This document shows, in pieces, positions 43,694-53,241 of a stretch of 64,000 bases of DNA. Origin of the DNA: a virus; the IMG/VR virus record IMGVR_UViG_3300006155_000004; one strand, 5' to 3'. The notes beneath the pieces are model-generated. The model was not told where the DNA came from. It was given only the letters and a program-made list of their open reading frames with translations, and did not search any database. Positions within the stretch are counted from its first letter, which is position 1; every line of letters begins with the position of its first letter. The position numbers and the translations under genes were made by a program.

Positions 43694-43957
43694 ATGCGAG
43701 AGGATTGGAGTTGGACTGCCGGGAAAGTTTTTGAAAATGGGGAGTTTTCCGCCAATTATGATTGGAATAAAGAGCATATTTCTGTTGCAGGAATTAGTGG
43801 CTCAACTTGGGCGACACCTGTTATGGAAGTTGAATTTAAGGACGGAAGAACAGAAGTTGTTAATTGCTATGAAGATGATGGAGAAAGAGCAAGCCGACGT
43901 CAGATTTCACAGCAGAAAGCATTTGCAAGGGCAACGGGCGGCATGGACTACATATAA
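43694..43957 (+). CDS. hypothetical protein
   Basis: 87 aa ORF. Confidence 0.4.
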   Translation: MREDWSWTAGKVFENGEFSANYDWNKEHISVAGISGSTWATPVMEVEFKDGRTEVVNCYEDDGERASRRQISQQKAFARATGGMDYI

Positions 43958-44018
43958 GCGAAGATTAACCTCTCATACACCTTATGGCATGGGTTGAGGA
44001 CGAAAGGAGAATGAGGAT

Positions 44019-44246
44019 ATGAAAGTTGATGATTTAAAAAGAGGAAACGAAATCGAAAAAAGAATTTACGAGCTGGAGAAAATGCAGAAATGGCTTGAAG
44101 ATGTGAAAGGGAGAAGTGTTTCTGTTATCGCAAGTGGCTGTACGGTAAATGACACCGTTTTGCTTTCTGATGATATGCGAACCGCAATGCTTGGGATGTG
44201 TATTGGAGAAAGAGCAATATTAATCAAAGAGTTTGAAGAATTATAA
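44019..44246 (+). CDS. hypothetical protein
   Basis: 75 aa behind AAAGGAGAA. Confidence 0.5.
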   Translation: MKVDDLKRGNEIEKRIYELEKMQKWLEDVKGRSVSVIASGCTVNDTVLLSDDMRTAMLGMCIGERAILIKEFEEL

Positions 44247-44272
44247 AAATAAAAGAAAGCGAGGAATAAACC

Positions 44273-44509
44273 ATGTCAGTAAAAACAAAGAATGAACTGC
44301 TTGAAGAAATCGAGCAGAAGAACGAGGAAATCGAGGTACTCAAAGCGGACATTGAGAAACTTGAAAAGTACAGAAAGTATGATGAAATGGCAGACGAGGC
44401 TAAGGCTATCAATGACAGTTTTGTCCGCAGCGGTTTTACAGAACAACAGGCGTTCGAACTTACAAGAGGCGCAGTAACAGCGGCGGTAGGCAGACCAACA
44501 TTATTTTAA
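44273..44509 (+). CDS. hypothetical protein
   Basis: 78 aa behind GCGAGGAA. Confidence 0.5.
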   Translation: MSVKTKNELLEEIEQKNEEIEVLKADIEKLEKYRKYDEMADEAKAINDSFVRSGFTEQQAFELTRGAVTAAVGRPTLF

Positions 44510-44529
44510 TTTTAAGGAGGATATGAATT

Positions 44530-45345
44530 ATGGCAACAAAGAATGAGGTAGCAACACAGAACAATCAGTTGGCAATCGAAAAGGAATTTGGTCTTGTGGA
44601 GTATGAGTCGAACGGCGAAATGATTAAATTGTCGTTCCCTACGGTAAGAAGATACCTTGTCAGCGGCGGCGGAAACGTCACAGACCAAGAGGTAATGATG
44701 TTTTTGACATTGTGCAGATATCAGCACCTTAACCCGTTTTTGAGAGAGGCATATCTGATTAAGTACGGAAGTAACGACCCAGCAACGATTGTAACTGGAA
44801 AAGACGTGTTTACAAAGCGAGCGAACGCCGCGCCGGATTATGCCGGAAAGCAGGCGGGAGTTGTTGTTCTTACAGAAAGCGGAGAGATTATTGAACGCGA
44901 GGGTTCGATGGTTTTGCCAAAAGAAACGCTTGTAGGCGGTTGGGCGAAAGTGTTCATAAAAGGGCATGAAACGCCAGAGTATATCAGCGTTGGGCTTGAT
45001 GAATACATCGGCAGAAAGAAAGATGGAACTGTAAACAGCCAGTGGAGCAAAAAGCCAGGGACTATGATACGGAAAGTTGCAGTAGTGCAAGCGTTAAGAG
45101 AGGCTTTCCCAGACAGATTTCAGGGAATGTATGCGCAAGAAGAAATGCAAGAGGTTTCGGACATTCAGCTTGATACGCAAGAAGTTGTAGCGAGGGAGAT
45201 AGAACAAAACGCCAATTCCGTGCCATTCGAGGCAATCGAAGAAAAGCCAGAACCGCCGACCGTGCCAAAGGCGCAGACGAAAGAGAAAGAGCCTGTCAAA
45301 GTTGAGGGTGAACAGGAGTTGCCGGATTTTATGAAAGCGGATTAG
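44530..45345 (+). CDS. recT: RecT-family single-strand annealing recombinase
   Basis: FLTLCRYQHLNPFLREAYLIKYG...GGWAKVF...WSKKPGTMIRKVAVVQALREAFPDRFQGMY. Confidence 0.85.
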   Translation: MATKNEVATQNNQLAIEKEFGLVEYESNGEMIKLSFPTVRRYLVSGGGNVTDQEVMMFLTLCRYQHLNPFLREAYLIKYGSNDPATIVTGKDVFTKRANAAPDYAGKQAGVVVLTESGEIIEREGSMVLPKETLVGGWAKVFIKGHETPEYISVGLDEYIGRKKDGTVNSQWSKKPGTMIRKVAVVQALREAFPDRFQGMYAQEEMQEVSDIQLDTQEVVAREIEQNANSVPFEAIEEKPEPPTVPKAQTKEKEPVKVEGEQELPDFMKAD

Positions 45346-45355
45346 GAGGGGCGTT

Positions 45356-45577
45356 ATGTGCAAACTATGTAGTGATGAAAATGTAGGAAACCTAACGCCG
45401 CTAAGTTCTGAAAATATTCCATTCGGAGAAAGCTACTTGGAACTGGAAATATTTTTTGGGAGAAACGATGACGGAAAAGCAAGAGTAAGAGCGGGCTTGT
45501 TTGACGGTTGCGAAACAATAAAGGAAGTCACATGGGAAACCCGATACTGTCCTGCATGCGGGAGAAAACTTGAATAA
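45356..45577 (+). CDS. zinc-ribbon protein
   Basis: CKLC...CPACG pairs. Confidence 0.5.
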   Translation: MCKLCSDENVGNLTPLSSENIPFGESYLELEIFFGRNDDGKARVRAGLFDGCETIKEVTWETRYCPACGRKLE

Positions 45578-45630
45578 TCAGAATTTTCGAAAGCGCAATA
45601 TACATTTTATTCTTTAAGCAGGAGGAAAGC

Positions 45631-45798
45631 ATGGAAAGACCAGAAAAAATAGAAACATTTATGTATGCGTTAATTAAAAACGCAAGCATGATTAGCCGAG
45701 TTGAATTTTTTGAAGATTGGGGCATTTCGAAAGAAGAAATGAACGAATGCATAAAATACGTCAAGGAAAAATTGGAAGTAAATAATATTTATGCGTAG
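45631..45798 (+). CDS. hypothetical small protein (55 aa)
   Basis: ATG behind CAGGAGGAAAGC; TAG 45796. Confidence 0.45.
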   Translation: MERPEKIETFMYALIKNASMISRVEFFEDWGISKEEMNECIKYVKEKLEVNNIYA

Positions 45799-45805
45799 CC
45801 ACACG

Positions 45806-45832
45806 GCGGACTTTCTTTCGTGGGAAGTCCGC
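45806..45832 (+). other. 8-bp-stem hairpin GCGGACTT-N11-AAGTCCGC just left of the IS
   Basis: No T-run follows; possible terminator remnant or IS target feature. Confidence 0.4.
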
Positions 45833-45840
45833 AAATAATA

Positions 45841-45859
45841 GAGCACTCTCGGAAACTCA
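45841..45859. repeat. IS left terminal inverted repeat GAGCACTCTCGGAAACTCA
   Basis: Matches reverse complement of 47720-47738 at 16 of 19 positions. Confidence 0.75.
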
Positions 45860-46023
45860 ATAGAGAATAAGCAGGAAAAGGTTGATTTTCAGAAATGAGA
45901 GGGATAAGGGATGGATGATTATGGGGCTTGAGCAGTCCAGAGAGCATAAAGAATAAAAATGTGCATGACTTTAAAACCTGTCGAAAAACAGGCCTGAAAG
46001 AATCCAGAAGCAGGAAACTTGGT

Positions 46024-47505
46024 TTATGCCACTGCCTGCACCTGCTGTTTATAGCGGGCATCCAGATGGATGCAGATTCCAATCATGGTTGTCATGAAAG
46101 AATAATGCTCCTTTGTGTGTATGAACATACGGTGCAGTCCGTAATCATTGAGGATGCGGTTGTTGATACGTTCCGTGGCGGTGCGTTGATTATAAATCTT
46201 CTTATAAGCATCTGTGCCGCGGGGGACGTCGGTGTAAAGCCGGATATCCCATTCGGGCCGGGTCTTGACGACTCTCCCATATTTGGAATCGGTGCAGGAG
46301 TTTTTACATTTGGAACAGTGATCTTTCCCATAGGGGCAGCGCCACATGAGGTAACCGCTGGATCTGTCATAACCGTTAGGCTTCATGCGCAGTTTTTCCT
46401 GACATAAGGGTGTTCCATCTTTGTCAATGGTGATGGTATCAGGAATTGTTTTTGGCCGGCCGCATTTGTCGTTCAGGTCGATGAAGGCCCGTATTCCCCT
46501 GTTTTTAAGGATCCGGTAGGTGGGGTAATTGTCCATTGCAGAATCCAGGCACATATTCGAAGTGGAAACAGCCGGCATATGTTTTTCCAGTTCATGGAAA
46601 GCGACAAGGAAATTGACCGAATCATGACGCTTTGCACTGGTAAAACGCAGAAGCAGGGGGAGATCTGTCCTGAGTTCACTGTTATAGCAGGATAATTGGA
46701 ACAAAGTGTAGCCGAAGTAATATTTTTCCAGGTCGCTGTCCCAGCCCCAGGAAGCATCGGGGTCGGGGAAATGCCGCAGGTTTTCCGGTGCGCCAACCCT
46801 GTGGTGCCCGCGTGGGCAGGCATGGGTATGCACGGCGGTGCCGTCTCCGGAAACCGTAAGGTGTTCCCTTGGTATGAGGCCGGATTCCATGGAAGGCAGG
46901 ACAGCCACGTGATAGAAGAAGCGCTGCAGCCGCCCTTCAAAGTTAAAAGGGATATCCTTCCCGCTCATGAGCCGTTTTTCGATAGATTCTGTGATTTTGG
47001 GCTTTGCCTCCTGTGCTTTCTGTTTTTTGCCTTTGGGCTTATCCGGCTTTTTGGTGTTCCAGGAAGCCGGAAGCAGTTTGTCCCGCGCATATAAGTCCGT
47101 TGGCGGTGCAGCCCAGAGCCTGTCCATGAAGTCAAAATAAGAACCGAGGGGCGGCAGGGAATCCGAAGTGCAGCCGATGAGAGCGGCAAGGAGGCGGTCA
47201 TGTTTGAGCCTGTCGACCCAAAGGGTAAGGGATAGCTTGGCCAAACCTTCTGAAAATAGAAGAAAGAAAAGGATAAAAGACCTTAAGATTTGTGGCTGGT
47301 TCTTAGCGGGCCTGCCAGTGTTGGAGTAAAAGGGCAGAAGGAACTCCATGGCCTTATCGGTATCGAAAAGGCGGAGTTTCTGCCATGGTTTCCAAAGCTC
47401 CGTATGGAGCCGGACTCTTTCAGAGGAATCGAAATGGACTTTGGATTCGTTGAGAAAGTACTTGTAATCTTGCATGGACTGCCAGTACTTGATCATAAAG
47501 TGCAC
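46024..47505 (-). CDS. DDE transposase
   Basis: 493 aa; N-terminus NTGRPAKNQPQILRSFILF (DUF772-like); C-terminus YKKIYNQRTATERINNRILNDYGL (Y-R-E signature); GC-richer than surroundings. Confidence 0.8.
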   Translation of the reverse strand: MHFMIKYWQSMQDYKYFLNESKVHFDSSERVRLHTELWKPWQKLRLFDTDKAMEFLLPFYSNTGRPAKNQPQILRSFILFFLLFSEGLAKLSLTLWVDRLKHDRLLAALIGCTSDSLPPLGSYFDFMDRLWAAPPTDLYARDKLLPASWNTKKPDKPKGKKQKAQEAKPKITESIEKRLMSGKDIPFNFEGRLQRFFYHVAVLPSMESGLIPREHLTVSGDGTAVHTHACPRGHHRVGAPENLRHFPDPDASWGWDSDLEKYYFGYTLFQLSCYNSELRTDLPLLLRFTSAKRHDSVNFLVAFHELEKHMPAVSTSNMCLDSAMDNYPTYRILKNRGIRAFIDLNDKCGRPKTIPDTITIDKDGTPLCQEKLRMKPNGYDRSSGYLMWRCPYGKDHCSKCKNSCTDSKYGRVVKTRPEWDIRLYTDVPRGTDAYKKIYNQRTATERINNRILNDYGLHRMFIHTKEHYSFMTTMIGICIHLDARYKQQVQAVA

Positions 47506-47719
47506 CTCCTAGTAGTTTAGTTTAATGCTGTGCGTGTGGCACAGACGCTTCTTAACTACAAGGGGCGCGTTTGGCGATTGGCGTATATGGTCACCAAACG
47601 CGCCGCACATTTTGACTTATATGTCAATACTTTTTTGAAAATTTAACAAAAATGTTTTCCGGGATATGGAGGAAAGCAAAAAAGAAGAACATGAAAAAAG
47701 AGCGGAAATTCGGGCTTAA

Positions 47720-47738
47720 AGAGTTTCCGAGACCGCTC
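47720..47738. repeat. IS right terminal inverted repeat AGAGTTTCCGAGACCGCTC
   Basis: See left repeat. Confidence 0.75.
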
Positions 47739-47763
47739 ATAATATGAGATTGGAGGGATTTCA

Positions 47764-47934
47764 ATGAAAACAAAAATTGAATTAGATAAAGAAGATATAA
47801 GAAGAATTATCGCAGAACATTTTTCTGTGAATGAAGATAGAGTGACAGTCGGTGCAAAAGAAATGTGCGTTGGATGTGGAATGATGGAGCATAATGAAAG
47901 CGTACCGTATTGCATTGTTGAAAAGACGGATTAA
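47764..47934 (+). CDS. hypothetical small protein (56 aa)
   Basis: ATG behind TGGAGGGA, 20 nt right of the IS junction. Confidence 0.45.
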   Translation: MKTKIELDKEDIRRIIAEHFSVNEDRVTVGAKEMCVGCGMMEHNESVPYCIVEKTD

Positions 47935-48004
47935 ATAGAAAAACCGTTTTGTAATTGTGAATTTGGAGAATGTTTATTATTTGGAGAGTTAAGGAGGGCG
48001 AGGA

Positions 48005-48217
48005 ATGGGTATTTTTATTGATATTTGCGTGTTTGTAGTTCTGTCCGTTTTACCGTATGCAATATTGATTCTTCTTTGTAAATATGGAACAAAAGGGCAA
48101 CATATAAGAGTTACGCTTGGTGCTTTAATGGTTTGTTTGGCGGCGAGTTGTTTGATAAACGGATTTCTTGGCTGCTGGATTTTAATAAATTATGGCTTGT
48201 TGCCAAAATTATTTTGA
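48005..48217 (+). CDS. small membrane protein
   Basis: 70 aa, 3 hydrophobic segments. Confidence 0.5.
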   Translation: MGIFIDICVFVVLSVLPYAILILLCKYGTKGQHIRVTLGALMVCLAASCLINGFLGCWILINYGLLPKLF

Positions 48218-48237
48218 AGATTAAGGAGGCTTAACAC

Positions 48238-48645
48238 ATGGACATAAAAGAATTTGCAAAGTCAATAAGCGGAAAAGAATATGGTTATCCGCAGTTCACC
48301 AAAGAGGAAATCGAAACAGCGAAAGAAAGCGGATTTGTCATTGTCTACGGTTGTTCTGATGACCTTATGGAGTTTGATGGCGCAATTCAGGACAAGGGCG
48401 GCTGTTTTGGCGGTGGCGAGGTTTATTTCAACAAGAAAGAGGTATGCCAGGACGAAACAGACCATACCGCATTTGATAATTATAGCAACTGCATAAATGC
48501 GGTATGGTATATGGACGAAGACGAAAACGGAAATATGATTACATGGACTTACGAAACCGAGATGCCGCACGAAACCTTTATGATTTATGAGGGCGGAGAG
48601 TCTTATTGCAGAGGGATTGTGTTCAGCATTGATGATGTGAAATAG
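48238..48645 (+). CDS. hypothetical protein
   Basis: 135 aa behind TAAGGAGG. Confidence 0.55.
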   Translation: MDIKEFAKSISGKEYGYPQFTKEEIETAKESGFVIVYGCSDDLMEFDGAIQDKGGCFGGGEVYFNKKEVCQDETDHTAFDNYSNCINAVWYMDEDENGNMITWTYETEMPHETFMIYEGGESYCRGIVFSIDDVK

Positions 48646-48658
48646 GAGGAAATGGGGA

Positions 48659-48838
48659 ATGAGCGAATTCGTAACTTGCAAAGGAAAAACGGTAGATGAC
48701 TGCCTTAAATGTGGATTGTATTATTCTTCACACAGCCCACATTATGACAAGGCTTATAAAAAAGAAGTTATAAGTATTACTTGTTTTTACGGACAAAGTG
48801 GAGAATATGACGCAGAAACAAGAAAAAGAGTTGATTAA
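48659..48838 (+). CDS. hypothetical small Cys-containing protein (59 aa)
   Basis: ATG 48659, TAA 48836. Confidence 0.4.
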   Translation: MSEFVTCKGKTVDDCLKCGLYYSSHSPHYDKAYKKEVISITCFYGQSGEYDAETRKRVD

Positions 48839-48853
48839 GGAGGCTTAACCGAT

Positions 48854-49210
48854 ATGAGGATTTTATCGCAAAACAATGGAAAGTACGATTTGCCGTATGA
48901 AAATATAGTTTTAGAGAAAATGATGGATTGCAACACGATTTATGCCTATACAGGCACAGGGCAGCCGTTTAAGATGGCGGTTTATTCTTCTGCCGAGAAA
49001 ATGGATAAGGCTATAGAGATGTTGCATGAGGTATACACAGGTATTCCACTTATTCTTCAAAATGTGGATATTTCAGAAGAAGCGGAGGAAATGTTTAAGA
49101 AATGGAAGAAACAAGGAATATTTGTTGTTTCTGAAAATCAACCGTCAAAAGTTGAATATGTGGGTAATATTTTGTTCCAATTTCCTGCTGATGATGAAGT
49201 GGGGGTATGA
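48854..49210 (+). CDS. hypothetical protein
   Basis: 118 aa behind TAAGGAGG. Confidence 0.55.
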   Translation: MRILSQNNGKYDLPYENIVLEKMMDCNTIYAYTGTGQPFKMAVYSSAEKMDKAIEMLHEVYTGIPLILQNVDISEEAEEMFKKWKKQGIFVVSENQPSKVEYVGNILFQFPADDEVGV

Positions 49211-49211
49211 A

Positions 49212-49607
49212 ATGAACATATCCACATTAGAACAAGTCCGAAAGGACATGGAGCATGGCGTTTACAACATGACAGAAAACGGGAAATGTACGGGTTGCGA
49301 CAACTGCTGTTCAAATATTCTGCCAATGACAGACAAGGAAATAGAGGCTATTAGACGGTACATAAAGAAACACTACATCAAAGAGTGCAAGCATACAATT
49401 CCACTTGCAAATCCAGTTCTTGACATGACTTGCCCGTTTCTCAATACAGATAAGAAAACGGATAAATGCACGATATACAGTGTCCGTCCTGCTATATGCA
49501 GATGCTTTATCTGTTCTGAACCGAACGGAGCGTTGAAACATAAGGAATTATGGCATGGAGTTAGATTGCCTGTGAATGTGAGGGAAACATTTTATGGAAA
49601 GGATTGA
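49212..49607 (+). CDS. YkgJ-family Cys-cluster (CxxCxxCC) zinc/iron-binding protein
   Basis: GKCTGCDNCCSNILPMT...MTCPFLN...CTIYSVRPAICRCFIC. Confidence 0.65.
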   Translation: MNISTLEQVRKDMEHGVYNMTENGKCTGCDNCCSNILPMTDKEIEAIRRYIKKHYIKECKHTIPLANPVLDMTCPFLNTDKKTDKCTIYSVRPAICRCFICSEPNGALKHKELWHGVRLPVNVRETFYGKD

Positions 49608-49613
49608 AAAGGA

Positions 49614-50213
49614 ATGAACATAAAAGATTTCAAAGCCGGTCAGACGGTTTATGTTGAACTGACCGGGAACGCAAGCAGAGGAAAGACACCTGAACAATGT
49701 ATTGAGGAATGGGAGATTACTTCTGTTGGGAGGAAATACATAAAGGCAGCAAAGAAAGGATATGACAGGCTTTTTAGAGAAAACACTTTTGAATTTCAAG
49801 ATTACAATGAAAGATTTGTTGAGAAATCGGTTTACTGCGAAAAAAATTATGTTCTCTACACAACAAGGCAGGAGATTGAGGAAAAACAAGAGAAAAGCAG
49901 GCTGTTTCAGGAGATTGAGCAGCGGTTCAGATACGGTTCGCAAAGGGATATTTCCTTAGAGAAGTTGAGGGCAATACATGGGGTTTTGGATGAAAGCAGA
50001 ATGTCAGACATTGATTTCCTTAAAACGGTTCGTGAGATTTGCGAGAATAGATGTCATTCAGGCTTTGAAGATACAGAAGAAGAATATCCACATTGCCCGT
50101 TTCCGTGGAGGTTTTGCGATTTGGATAAGAATTTTTATGAAATGACAAATGATGAATTAGAGGAAATCTGTAAAACAGCAAGAGACTTTAAAGAGAATTT
50201 TCAAAGGAAGTGA
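49614..50213 (+). CDS. hypothetical protein
   Basis: 199 aa. Confidence 0.55.
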   Translation: MNIKDFKAGQTVYVELTGNASRGKTPEQCIEEWEITSVGRKYIKAAKKGYDRLFRENTFEFQDYNERFVEKSVYCEKNYVLYTTRQEIEEKQEKSRLFQEIEQRFRYGSQRDISLEKLRAIHGVLDESRMSDIDFLKTVREICENRCHSGFEDTEEEYPHCPFPWRFCDLDKNFYEMTNDELEEICKTARDFKENFQRK

Positions 50214-50214
50214 T

Positions 50215-50802
50215 TTGATTGATTTTGAAGTGTTTAGGGAGTGCGGTTTATTGAAAGTAGATATTTTTAATACAGAAAACAAGTATCAAATAATTTATGC
50301 TGACCCACCTTGGAGAAATCCTAAAAGCTGTACAAAGGCAAGAAATAACGAAAAACATTATCCGTCAATGGCAACTGATGAAATATGCAGACTCCCAATA
50401 ACAAATATATCGGAAAGAAACGCAATTCTTTTTCTGTGGATTTGCTTTCCTTGTTTAGAGTATAGTTTGAAAGTGATAAATTCATGGGGGTTTGAGTATT
50501 ACGGTTTGGGTTTTGATTGGTGCAAAATAAAATCTGACGGAACGCCCAAAATCGGATGCGGATATTATACAAGGCAGAACAACGAATTATGCCTTGTTGG
50601 AGTAAAATACGGAATGGAAAACAGAATAAAACCACTTGTTAAAAATATCGGTTGTAGTATTTTGGAACAGCCTAGGGAACACAGCAGAAAGCCAGATATT
50701 GTCAGAGAAAATATTATAAAAATTTGCGGAGATATTCCAAGAATCGAGTTATTTGCAAGACAAGAATATGACGGTTGGGATTGCTGGGGAAATGAAATTT
50801 AA
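50215..50802 (+). CDS. MT-A70-family N6-adenine DNA methyltransferase (orphan)
   Basis: IIYADPPWRN (DPPW motif), AILFLW, EHSRKPD; TTG start. Confidence 0.85.
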   Translation: MIDFEVFRECGLLKVDIFNTENKYQIIYADPPWRNPKSCTKARNNEKHYPSMATDEICRLPITNISERNAILFLWICFPCLEYSLKVINSWGFEYYGLGFDWCKIKSDGTPKIGCGYYTRQNNELCLVGVKYGMENRIKPLVKNIGCSILEQPREHSRKPDIVRENIIKICGDIPRIELFARQEYDGWDCWGNEI

Positions 50803-50823
50803 AAAGAAAGCGAGGTGATTTAG

Positions 50824-51573
50824 ATGTTCGTTAGATGTATTGGCACTGGTAGTAGCGGAAATTGTTACGCTTTATATGACAATTACGGCAAGATACTTCT
50901 TTTAGATTTGGGTTTAGCAAGGAAACAAATACTTAGAGGAATTGACTTTAATGTAACTGATGTTGTCGGGGCGGTAGTGAGCCACGGGCATGGAGACCAC
51001 GCAAAGTCGGTTAAGGACTTTGAGAATATGGGAATACCTGTTTTCAAGCCCTATATTGGAAAATGGAAAATGGCAGAAATGGATAGACATTATCCAACAT
51101 ACTACGGAAAGAGAACGAGAGATTTTAAGGTTCTTGAATTTGACATGACAGATAAGAACAACCGATTCATGCACACCAACAATGATGGCTCAGAATGTCC
51201 ATGTTACGGTTTTTTGATTGAACATGAGGACATGGGGAAGATGTTATACATAACCGACGCAGAGCTTGTCAAATGGAGATTTAGTGGTATCAATCACATC
51301 TTAATCTCTTGCAACTATCAAAAAAAATATATTTCTGACAGTGCAAAAAGAAGCCATGTTCTTATGGGGCATATGGAGTTGGAGACGGTAAAGGACTTTA
51401 TAAAGGCAAATAAATCCAATGCCCTTAGAACTGTCATGTTGTGCCATTTAAGCCAAGATAGCGCCGACCCGGAGGAATGTCTGTCAGAGATTCAAAATGT
51501 CGTTGGAGAGGACGTTAAATGCGTTGTGGCGACGGTGGGAGAAACGGTTGAATTAAGTTTGTATCCATTTTAA
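50824..51573 (+). CDS. metallo-beta-lactamase-fold hydrolase (possible nuclease partner of RecT)
   Basis: VVSHGHGDHAKS (HxHxDH) motif. Confidence 0.65.
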   Translation: MFVRCIGTGSSGNCYALYDNYGKILLLDLGLARKQILRGIDFNVTDVVGAVVSHGHGDHAKSVKDFENMGIPVFKPYIGKWKMAEMDRHYPTYYGKRTRDFKVLEFDMTDKNNRFMHTNNDGSECPCYGFLIEHEDMGKMLYITDAELVKWRFSGINHILISCNYQKKYISDSAKRSHVLMGHMELETVKDFIKANKSNALRTVMLCHLSQDSADPEECLSEIQNVVGEDVKCVVATVGETVELSLYPF

Positions 51574-51583
51574 GGAGGTTTCC

Positions 51584-51898
51584 ATGAAGATAGAATTTGA
51601 CGAAAACGATTTGAAATATATAGAGAAAATCAATGAGGATTTGAAATCTGGTGAGCAAATCCCTTTGTTTGTTGGAACGGTTGGTAAAAGATATTTTATT
51701 GAGTTTACTTGTGAGGACATAGCTAAAGCTAATGCGTTTTCCATGATGTTTATGAACCCTAACGCTGAAAAGATACGGGAATTAAAGGAAAGATTAGGGA
51801 TAACGGTAAACTGTATAAGCTATTGTTCGGGTGATTCAAAACGAGAGGAACTTAAAAGATATTTGGAGAAAATGTTGCGTGAATTGGAACAGATGTAG
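51584..51898 (+). CDS. hypothetical protein
   Basis: 104 aa behind TAAGGAGG. Confidence 0.55.
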   Translation: MKIEFDENDLKYIEKINEDLKSGEQIPLFVGTVGKRYFIEFTCEDIAKANAFSMMFMNPNAEKIRELKERLGITVNCISYCSGDSKREELKRYLEKMLRELEQM

Positions 51899-51927
51899 CG
51901 GAAAGCGGTTGAATTGAAAGAAAGCAG

Positions 51928-52263
51928 GTGTCCGTTTTGATAGATTTATACCCTACAAAATGCAATCTATGTGGCGGTACGGTTGTTTACATAAGCAATT
52001 CAAAAATCTATGGCAGGGAATACGGAAGCGGAAAATGTTATTACTGTGCAAACTGCGGTTCTTATGTCGGAACGCACAAGCCAAGACCGAAAGAAGCATT
52101 GGGGATTTTAGGAAATGGCAAAATGCGTGAAATGAAAATGAAGTGCCATGAATTATTCGACCGACAATGGAAGAACGAGAAAACTTCCAAGAAAAGGCAT
52201 ATCGCAAGGAAGAAAGCATATGAGGATTTGGCGGTTAAGCTGAATATTCCGGTTGAAGAATGA
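51928..52263 (+). CDS. zinc-finger protein
   Basis: CNLCGG...CYYCANCG; GTG start. Confidence 0.5.
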   Translation: MSVLIDLYPTKCNLCGGTVVYISNSKIYGREYGSGKCYYCANCGSYVGTHKPRPKEALGILGNGKMREMKMKCHELFDRQWKNEKTSKKRHIARKKAYEDLAVKLNIPVEE

Positions 52264-52321
52264 CATTTCGGATATTTTGATATGGATATGCTGAATAAGG
52301 ATTATGGGATTTTGAAAGGCG

Positions 52322-52684
52322 GTGTCTGTTTTGAATGAAAAAGAAATCATGGAGGAAATACATAAAACCGTCAGCGAAACAATGGATAGAGAGATTATGA
52401 AATGCCTTGGCGTGGAGTATCACAAGCCAAAAGAAACAAAATGTAATCCGTTAGAAGATGCGAAAAATATGATTGCCAAAATGAGTACGGTAATCATGTG
52501 CAGTGAAAGTGATAAAAAGAAGTTGGAAGAACAGGAATTGCCCGGAATGACGACGATTATCCCTAGTCAGTATTTGGAAGACGGAACGGTTTACATGATA
52601 ACAGATGAAAAGCTGAAAGGATATATGTTGGAATCGGAAAGAAGAAAACGGTTAAGAGAAAAGAAATCTGATAAGGCAGATTAA
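52322..52684 (+). CDS. hypothetical protein
   Basis: 120 aa; start GTG 52322 or ATG 52349. Confidence 0.45.
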   Translation: MSVLNEKEIMEEIHKTVSETMDREIMKCLGVEYHKPKETKCNPLEDAKNMIAKMSTVIMCSESDKKKLEEQELPGMTTIIPSQYLEDGTVYMITDEKLKGYMLESERRKRLREKKSDKAD

Positions 52685-52743
52685 CCGCCCACACATCGGC
52701 AGGATTGCAAAATATCCATTTTGAGAAAGAGAGGGAAAGATTT

Positions 52744-53208
52744 ATGACAATAAATTATATCTTAGAAAATATTTTTTCAGATCATTACATCAAATGGCAT
52801 TGTAAGGACGTTGATAGTATTGCTATGACTGAATTTAACGTTGCATGTCCGATTGGTGCACCGTTTTCTGAGCCGATTATTGACGTTAAAGAAGTTTATG
52901 TAAAAACAAAGTGCATTGTATCTCCATCACGCAAATATAAGGAAAATTGGGCAAGAGTTGTATGCCTGATTAATTCTAACGATCCAAGCGATGTAGACAA
53001 GATACTAACAGTTAGACAAGTCCTCGAGAGATTAAAACAATTTGACGGAGAGCTTGAATTGTGCGGCACAGATAAGGGGCATGATTTTAATTCTAATAAT
53101 TGGGTTTGTGCTTTTATAAACATTCTTGACGGAACAAGCAATGACGAATGCGAGAAACATAATATTCCACAGAATTACAAAGGAACCATAACAAATTTTT
53201 TAACATAA
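52744..53208 (+). CDS. hypothetical protein
   Basis: ATG behind GAGAGGGAAAG. Confidence 0.5.
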   Translation: MTINYILENIFSDHYIKWHCKDVDSIAMTEFNVACPIGAPFSEPIIDVKEVYVKTKCIVSPSRKYKENWARVVCLINSNDPSDVDKILTVRQVLERLKQFDGELELCGTDKGHDFNSNNWVCAFINILDGTSNDECEKHNIPQNYKGTITNFLT

Positions 53209-53241
53209 AAAAAGAAATACTTCGCCCAGAAAGGAGAAACT

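Larger units (their letters stand above)
45841..47738 (-). mobile_element. 1898-bp insertion sequence (IS4/IS1182/IS1634-like DDE element) inserted in an intergenic spacer
   Basis: 19-bp imperfect terminal inverted repeats (16/19), 6-bp direct repeat ATAATA at both junctions (45835-45840, 47739-47744), single 493-aa transposase antisense to phage genes. Confidence 0.8.

Noticed and set aside
43610-43957. In-frame TGA between the lipoprotein (43313-43612) and the following ORF, considered as possible readthrough or recoding
   Set aside because: The lipoprotein looks complete at the stop, the downstream ORF has its own ATG (43694), and TGA is used as a normal stop by many genes here. Sharing a frame is a one-in-three coincidence.
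45928-47520. Plus-strand ORFs inside the IS (45928-46407, 46696-47094, 47290-47520)
   Set aside because: They are antisense to the 493-aa transposase, which has recognisable DDE-family motifs.
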